From: Nitrosopumilus sp.
GTDB taxonomy: Archaea; Thermoproteota; Nitrososphaeria; Nitrososphaerales; Nitrosopumilaceae
Direction of reading: 5' to 3'
Assembly: GCA_965238275.1 (NCBI GenBank)
Contig: OZ250186.1
Coordinates: 1,152,001-1,216,000, forward strand
Length of the DNA stretch: 64,000 bases
The notes below the pieces were generated by a model that worked only from the letters and a program-made list of their open reading frames with translations, did no database searches and was not told where the DNA came from. Positions 57,904 through 64,000 of this stretch are shown piece by piece (positions within the stretch are counted from its first letter, which is position 1; each line of letters starts with the position of its first letter). The position numbers and the translations under genes are program-made.

Positions 57904-59564
57904 GTACGGACTCTGGTCCGTGCCTAGATTTTAACCGCTTGTGCATCAAATTAGACCATGTCGATTTATTGATCTCGGGATCCGCGAACCCGCGTGAGCA
58001 AATCAGAGATGTCGCTCCTACGCGGGGAGCTGACAGGGGTAGTGACGGAGTTTGAGAAGTTTAAGAAAATGACGGACAAGACAAATGCCAAATTTACCAA
58101 GAAGGTGACGTTGCTCGAGATTGAAGTCGACCGCCTGACCCTGGAAAACACGGGTTACCGCAGGAGGCTCCGCAAGTACGAGAACCCCAACATGTCCTCG
58201 TCCACGGATTCACTGTACAACTCAGACCGCGCGGCGTTCAGGAAGCAGATGGACATGGAGGCCAAGATGGAGCCAGATGGCAGCAACGGCGGCGGGCCCA
58301 AGGAAGGGGAGGAGCCCGAACCGGAAGGCGGACCTGAATCAGAAGGCGAAGGTGCCGGAGACAAGGCCCGCAAGGGACCGCCGGCAGGACACGCCGGCGC
58401 CTCGCACAAGAACAGGGCCGAGAGGACCGAGAGTCTGCCCGTGCGCAGGTGCGAAAAATGCGGGCGCGGACACCTGGTCCGGATGCCGTCCATTGTCAAG
58501 ATGGTGTATGATTTTCCCGACGACGGCGCCATGAGGATCGAGTGCGTCGCGTACCTGTTGGGGCAGGGGTTGTGCAAGAGATGCAATCACGTCAGCTCTG
58601 CCGTACCTCCCACGATCCCCGGCACGTCGCTTGGCCCCAAGGCCCTGGGGTTTGTGGAGGAGTACTACGACAAGAGGAGCACGGACTGCACCGTATCATA
58701 CTATTTCAAGGCGCTGTACGGGTTTGGCATATCGCCAAACGCCATATGGAACGCGCGCAAGGCTCTCAAAAAACTCCTCAAGGGCGCGTACGAGGGCATA
58801 CTGGCCCGCATCGCCGATGCCATATTCGTACAGTTTGACGAGTCCCACATGAAGATGAACGGGAAGAAGGGGTACGTGTGGCTGGTCACCACCGGCGACG
58901 CCACGTACCTGGTGGCCGCCCCGAGCAGGGCGGCCCTCGTGATAAACGCGCATTTTGCCCGGCTGCTTGGAAAGCCGGTGGTGGTGGTGGACGGGTACAC
59001 CGTCTACAACATGTTCCCGGTAAAGCAGAGGTGCTGGGTGCACCTGCTGCGCGCCGCAGAAGAGCACGCCATCAAGAACGGCGGCAACGATCTTGCCTGC
59101 TACCGCAGGCTGCTTGCCCTGTACCGGTCAGTCAAGGACAGGGAGTCTGCCGGGTCCGGCGAGTGCCTGGACCTGGAAAGGGCGGTGCTCCAAATCGCCT
59201 CGGACTACGGGGAGTCCCACGACTTCCGCACGACGCTTGAGAACGCGGCCCCGTGCATGTTCACGTTCCTCAGGCATCCGGGCATGCCGCCGCATAACAA
59301 CGCAGCAGAGCTTGAGATACGCGACACTGCGGTGCTGCACAGGAACGTGCGGCACCAGCTGTCCGAACCCGAGGGGCGGGAGGTCTTCTCGGTGCTGATA
59401 TCAGTGGCGCGCACCTGCCACAAGCAGGGCATCTTCCCGCGTCAGGCAGTCGAGAACATCATCAGGGATCCTGCCTGGAGCATATTCAAGCCACCCGAAC
59501 AGTATCAGAAGGTTTCCGTACCCGCAGTGGCAGCGTAGCGCAATTTGGCGACCTGAGTCCATAC
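57904..59564 (+). mobile_element. IS66-family element, family C
   Basis: TIR GTA(C/T)GGACTC(T/A)GGTC; 8-bp TSD AAACCCAT (57896-57903 / 59565-59572). Confidence 0.9.
57994..59538 (+). CDS. IS66-family transposase
   Basis: NMSSSTD, CEKCG..CKRC, QFDES, VDGYTVY, QRCWVHLLR, HNNAAELEIR. Confidence 0.92.
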   Translation: MSKSEMSLLRGELTGVVTEFEKFKKMTDKTNAKFTKKVTLLEIEVDRLTLENTGYRRRLRKYENPNMSSSTDSLYNSDRAAFRKQMDMEAKMEPDGSNGGGPKEGEEPEPEGGPESEGEGAGDKARKGPPAGHAGASHKNRAERTESLPVRRCEKCGRGHLVRMPSIVKMVYDFPDDGAMRIECVAYLLGQGLCKRCNHVSSAVPPTIPGTSLGPKALGFVEEYYDKRSTDCTVSYYFKALYGFGISPNAIWNARKALKKLLKGAYEGILARIADAIFVQFDESHMKMNGKKGYVWLVTTGDATYLVAAPSRAALVINAHFARLLGKPVVVVDGYTVYNMFPVKQRCWVHLLRAAEEHAIKNGGNDLACYRRLLALYRSVKDRESAGSGECLDLERAVLQIASDYGESHDFRTTLENAAPCMFTFLRHPGMPPHNNAAELEIRDTAVLHRNVRHQLSEPEGREVFSVLISVARTCHKQGIFPRQAVENIIRDPAWSIFKPPEQYQKVSVPAVAA

Positions 59565-59611
59565 AAACCCATAGCATATTTGGTTTATATGGGACGAATG
59601 TTCGTGAGACA

Positions 59612-60895
59612 TTGATATATTTGGTCAAAGTCGATCCCTTTGCAAACGCCACGCAGCAGGTAAACGATGCATGCGACATACTTGAAATTTCAGATGACGG
59701 ACTACGCCAGTATCTGGCAATGCCAAACAAGGTACTGAGGGTAAAGATTCCAGTGAAGATGGATGATGGAAGCATCAGGATATTTACCGGCTTTCGGAGC
59801 CAGCACAACAACGACAGGGGTCCCTACAAGGGCGGCATTCGATACTTTGATCCAAAAGGCGGCGTCGAATATATGGAACGCGAGGTCATGGCCCTGTCCT
59901 CATGGATGACCTGGAAGTGTGCAATAGTTGATGTTCCCCTGGGTGGCGGCAAGGGTGCGATATACGTAAACCCCAAGACTGAAAAACTCAGTGACGGCGA
60001 GATGGAGAGACTGACACGCGGATTTGCCTACAAGATCTCCGAGATAATAGGACCTGAAAAGGACATTCCCGCCCCCGATGTCTACACCACCGGTCGGGAG
60101 ATGACTCAGATTATGGATACATTTTCCAAACTAAACGGTAACAAGCACACCCCTGGCGTCATTACCGGAAAGCCAATCTCCATGGGTGGGTCGCTTGCAC
60201 GAAACGTGGCCACCGGACTGGGTGCGGCATACACGGTAAGGGAGGCTGCAAAGACGTTGAAGCTGAGCCTGAAAGGCGCCAAGGTCGTACTTCAGGGATT
60301 TGGAAACGCATCGACATTTACAGGCATCTATCTTGAAAAGATGGGCGCAAAGGTGATTGCTGTCAGCGACTCTAGGGGCGCTATATCCATTCCAAGAGGG
60401 GCAAAGGTTGAGAAGATTCTTGGACACAAGCAAAAGACAGGCTCTGTAGTTGGCTACCGCGGCAGCAAGGGTATCACAACTGAGCAACTGCTTACCACAA
60501 AATGTGACGTTTTGGTTCCGGGCGCACTGGAGAACCAGATTACTGCCAAGATTGCAAGGGATCTTCAATGCAAGATTATTGCCGAGGCGGCAAACGGGCC
60601 CACACTCCCTGAGGCTGATCCAATAATATACAAAAACAACATCCTGGTAATACCTGACATTCTTGCCAACTCTGGCGGCGTCTGCATCTCCTATCTGGAA
60701 TGGGTGCAGAACAACATGGGCTATTACTGGTCGTTTGATGACGTGGCAAGCAAGATGGAAAAGAACATCACTACCGGCTTCAAGGACGCATACGCCCTCT
60801 CCAAAAAGCACAAGATTGACATGAGAAAGGCCACGATGGTTCTTGCAGTGTCCCGGGTTCTTGAGGCATTCAACCAGAAGGGCATCTGGCCATAA
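59612..60895 (+). CDS. gdhA: Glutamate dehydrogenase (start 59612 or 59621)
   Basis: GPYKGGIR, GGGKG, DIPAPD, TGKP..GGS..R..ATG, QGFGNA, EAANGP, PDILANSGGV..SYLEWVQN. Confidence 0.96.
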   Translation: MIYLVKVDPFANATQQVNDACDILEISDDGLRQYLAMPNKVLRVKIPVKMDDGSIRIFTGFRSQHNNDRGPYKGGIRYFDPKGGVEYMEREVMALSSWMTWKCAIVDVPLGGGKGAIYVNPKTEKLSDGEMERLTRGFAYKISEIIGPEKDIPAPDVYTTGREMTQIMDTFSKLNGNKHTPGVITGKPISMGGSLARNVATGLGAAYTVREAAKTLKLSLKGAKVVLQGFGNASTFTGIYLEKMGAKVIAVSDSRGAISIPRGAKVEKILGHKQKTGSVVGYRGSKGITTEQLLTTKCDVLVPGALENQITAKIARDLQCKIIAEAANGPTLPEADPIIYKNNILVIPDILANSGGVCISYLEWVQNNMGYYWSFDDVASKMEKNITTGFKDAYALSKKHKIDMRKATMVLAVSRVLEAFNQKGIWP

Positions 60896-60990
60896 ACCAG
60901 ACATACCTGTCAGTTACAAATCCTGAACCATACGTCGGTTTCCTAGAATACACCAGCACATATTAGGAATAGCCGGCCATGCCTTGTGTG

Positions 60991-61668
60991 ATGTCCCGCG
61001 TACTGCTTGTACAGAACACGCGCACCGAGGGCTCAGGACACCTGGGCCGGCTGCTTGCAGACGACGGATTTGAGACCGTCTCAATAAATGCAAAACGTGA
61101 TCCAATCCCGGACAAAGACTTTGCCCTTGTCGTCATACTGGGGGCGCCGGAGAGTGCAAACGACGATCTGCCGTACCTTCGTGCAGAACAGAACCTGATA
61201 AGGGACTCTGTTGACTGCAACATCCCTGTTCTGGGAATCTGTCTGGGCTCGCAGCTCATTGCCAGGGCCCTTGGCGGCAGGGTGTACCGGGGGCCAAAGA
61301 CTGAGATCGGTTTTTACAGCGATCTGAAGACAAGCAGCGGTTCGCCGCTGTTTTCGGGATTTGAAAACCCGTTTACCGTCTTTCACTGGCATAGGGATAC
61401 CTTTGACCTGCCTGACGGCGCGCTCAGGCTTGCATCCTCCGAGTACTATCCAAACCAGGCGTTCCGGTACAGGTGCGCGGTGGGGGTACAGTTCCATTTG
61501 GAAGTAGATGCCAGGATGGTCAATCTCTGGCTTGACAACTACCAGAGACATTCTGCAGGGACTCTGGATATCCAGCGGATCCGGGCGGATGTGGATGGGC
61601 AGATTCAAACCGTCAACTCAAACATGAACCTGTTCTATGACAACTTCAAATCGACGTTTGGGTTGTAA
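60991..61668 (+). CDS. Class I glutamine amidotransferase
   Basis: PVLGICLGSQL, WHRD, GVQFHLE. Confidence 0.92.
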   Translation: MSRVLLVQNTRTEGSGHLGRLLADDGFETVSINAKRDPIPDKDFALVVILGAPESANDDLPYLRAEQNLIRDSVDCNIPVLGICLGSQLIARALGGRVYRGPKTEIGFYSDLKTSSGSPLFSGFENPFTVFHWHRDTFDLPDGALRLASSEYYPNQAFRYRCAVGVQFHLEVDARMVNLWLDNYQRHSAGTLDIQRIRADVDGQIQTVNSNMNLFYDNFKSTFGL

Positions 61669-61969
61669 TCTGCATCATGGCACCACACACCTGTTCTGCA
61701 CATTGCCGTGCCGGTATGGGATTGTTGTATTATGCCAGATGAACCCCGCATGCCGTGCATCCTGGTGGTGGCCGGTTCGTGATTCCTGACGGCCCTGGAT
61801 GATTTCTGCAATCCTGCAGACTGACCGGCAGTCTCCGAATCACGCGTACGCACTCAGGTCGGTGACTTGTCCAGGCACAAAATTGTATCCAGTCCTGCAA
61901 AACCATGCCTAGCCTCAAACGGGATCTGAGTGCAGTAAGCGTTCACGTCCCCCCTAGATACTGCGCCCA

Positions 61970-62007
61970 CCCCATGCCAGTCATCCCCATGCCAGTCATC
62001 CCCATGC
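61970..62007 (+). repeat. 15-bp tandem repeat CCCCATGCCAGTCAT x2.5
   Basis: Directly visible. Confidence 0.8.
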
Positions 62008-62166
62008 ACAGGCGTCAAACAACACAAACCAATGAATGAGTTTTTTCCAAATCTGTGCTTAAAATGACAACGCATGAGTCAGTAAACAACGAATCCACAT
62101 GAAACATGCGCGTCAATATCCATACACGAAATCAATATTTAAAAAAACCGATCCGGCATCCGCGGG

Positions 62167-63948
62167 ATGCCCCGGGCAGGTGTCCCTTTAGGCATGGCTC
62201 CTTCTCCTCCTCCAAAATCCGAAAAGCTGATCCTGCAGGCGGAGCTGCGCCGCGCATGGGGCGTGGCCGACTGCCTGATCGGAGTGGTTGCGACGTGTTT
62301 GGGACTGGTGGATTCGCTGAGGGGCAGGCTGGCACAAAAAACCAGGGAGAATGACGACTTGAAAAAAGAGATAGTCAAGCTCAAAAGGATGCTGTCGGTC
62401 CACGAGAGTTGGAACCACTCGTCCAGGGAGGCAGTCCTGTTTGCCAAGAAGCGAAAAGAGTTCCAGAGGAGGGCCGGCGCCGGGACCGGCGGGGACGGTG
62501 GTGAGGAAGACGGCAGTGCCAGTCCTGACGGAAAACGGTGCGGACACCAGCCCGGGACAGAGGGCGTCTCCCACGGCCACAAGCCGACTGAAACCAAGAC
62601 ATATCGGGCAGACATGTGCAAAAACTGCAGCAGCACGGACACGCAGCCCGAAGGGATGTATTGGAAGATTGTACTTGATTTGACCCGATGTGATGGCAAC
62701 AACAACATGGTCTGCCATGTGGAGGAGACCGTGCCGGCATACTGCACCAGGTGCGGCACCGTCACGCACCCCGAGACTGGCACCATTGCGGGATCATCAC
62801 TTGGGCCCGGCCTGAGGAGAATAATCGCCAACATACACGAAGTCGTGCCATCCGTAAGGTCCATCCAAAGGCTCCTGGCATCAAACCACGGCGTCACGTT
62901 ATCGACGGGGTGCATATCCAACTGCCTGTCGGGGGTGACCAAACGCGCAAAAGGGAACTGTCCGGAAACGACTCCCGGCCATGCAGAAACCCCGTTGGTC
63001 TCCAAGGGGCCGTTGTCGCTGCCGCCGCCGTCGCCTGCAGACTGCGGGCCGTATGACCCGAGCCGGGATGCCGTCTGGTCCGGCATGGCAACACAGCCGC
63101 TTGTCAGACAGATAGAGGAAAAGATCAGCATGGCCCCATGCGTGCAGATAGACGAGTCGCGAAAAAACATCGGAGGCAAACAGGCGCAGGCCCTGGTGCT
63201 GGACACAAAGGATGCTGTCCTCATACGCATAGAGAAGGACAAGTCCAGGAAGGCCATGGAGGGTGCCTTTTGGATGGCGCTGAACAGGCCGTTTGTGGCA
63301 GACATGTACCGCGGCGGCTGCGCCTTTGCAGGAGAGTTCCAGTCGTGCTTTGTGCACGTGAACCGCAAGAGCGAGGGCCTGGCCATTCGCCACGGCATCG
63401 ACTCGTTCGAGTACGTCCTGTACGTCATGATGCGCGGCATATACCATGACGCCAAGGCAGCAGCTGCCAGGACCCTCGAGATGGCCGGGGGGCAAGCAGT
63501 GCAGTCTGCCTGCGACATCGGCGCCGCCGTCAGGACAGTTCCCGGACTGGCAGAACACGTCGAATCAAGCCGGTCTGACCTGCTCAAGCGCCTCGGAAAG
63601 GTGGCCCACGCATACCGGAACGGCGCAGTCTCTGATGATGCCAGCCGCGAGTTTGCAGGCACGCTTGAAAACGCAATGCCGTACCTCCTCACGTTCATCG
63701 GACATCCGGGAATGGAGGGCAGCACCAACGCCTGTGAGAGAACCATACGCGGGTATGTCGTGAGGCCGCGCAACATACAGCGCATACTTCCGAACCGGCG
63801 CGCCGCAGACAACCTTGCCACGCTCCAGACGATTCACGCCACGTGCGCAAAACGCGGAATATTCTCAGGCGATGCAGTCACCGCGTGCGACTCGTGGAAC
63901 ATGTTCGAGGCCGGGACGCCGCCGCCGATACTTCCGAATCTCAAATGA
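62167..63948 (+). CDS. IS66-family transposase
   Basis: GHQPG, CKNC..CTRCG, QIDES, ADMY, QSCFVH, STNACERTIR. Confidence 0.9.
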   Translation: MPRAGVPLGMAPSPPPKSEKLILQAELRRAWGVADCLIGVVATCLGLVDSLRGRLAQKTRENDDLKKEIVKLKRMLSVHESWNHSSREAVLFAKKRKEFQRRAGAGTGGDGGEEDGSASPDGKRCGHQPGTEGVSHGHKPTETKTYRADMCKNCSSTDTQPEGMYWKIVLDLTRCDGNNNMVCHVEETVPAYCTRCGTVTHPETGTIAGSSLGPGLRRIIANIHEVVPSVRSIQRLLASNHGVTLSTGCISNCLSGVTKRAKGNCPETTPGHAETPLVSKGPLSLPPPSPADCGPYDPSRDAVWSGMATQPLVRQIEEKISMAPCVQIDESRKNIGGKQAQALVLDTKDAVLIRIEKDKSRKAMEGAFWMALNRPFVADMYRGGCAFAGEFQSCFVHVNRKSEGLAIRHGIDSFEYVLYVMMRGIYHDAKAAAARTLEMAGGQAVQSACDIGAAVRTVPGLAEHVESSRSDLLKRLGKVAHAYRNGAVSDDASREFAGTLENAMPYLLTFIGHPGMEGSTNACERTIRGYVVRPRNIQRILPNRRAADNLATLQTIHATCAKRGIFSGDAVTACDSWNMFEAGTPPPILPNLK

Positions 63949-64000
63949 CCGCGCCACGGCATCCGGCAGATCAGGGTTGTTGCCGCACCATTTTGGTTTA

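Larger units (their letters stand above)
61935..64000 (+). mobile_element. IS66-family element, family D (right end outside window)
   Basis: GTAAGCGTTCA IS66-type left end; transposase present; TSD cannot be checked. Confidence 0.6.

Overview
The sequence looks like an ammonia-oxidising-archaeon (Nitrososphaerota / Nitrosopumilaceae-like) chromosome. This is inferred from the TBP, GDH, wHTH and LeuA-family proteins and from TATA boxes ~26 nt upstream of leaderless start codons. Positions ~1-57,200 are an accessory, integrated-element-like region. It holds a tRNA-Leu(UAA), a type III RM locus, a TBP, a thermonuclease, an archaeal type IV pilin with a TadC-like platform gene, tnpB, a PAPS-reductase-family gene, many tiny Cys-rich zinc-finger genes in virus-like operons, and a tyrosine integrase at the right edge. 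Housekeeping-type genes (wHTH, gdh, GATase) follow. About 24.6 kb (~38%) is recently inserted IS DNA (IS66, ISH3, IS5-type, IS630, IS481). Thirteen insertions have exact target-site duplications (TSDs). Eleven of these interrupt genes that are restored in frame when the IS is removed, including mod (twice), res, tadC (twice), a matrixin and a nested IS481-in-IS630-in-tnpB. Two signals are not explained by the genes. (i) A dispersed DNA site family occurs as 47-bp palindromes (CTG-N12-GATC-n-GATC-N12-CAG) and as phased direct repeats of the same arm (CACCCWAAKTTAACA). (ii) A C-rich TATA variant (CCTTTTACG) sits at -26/-27 of island genes next to an island-located TBP. No CRISPR array, rRNA or capsid gene was recognised.
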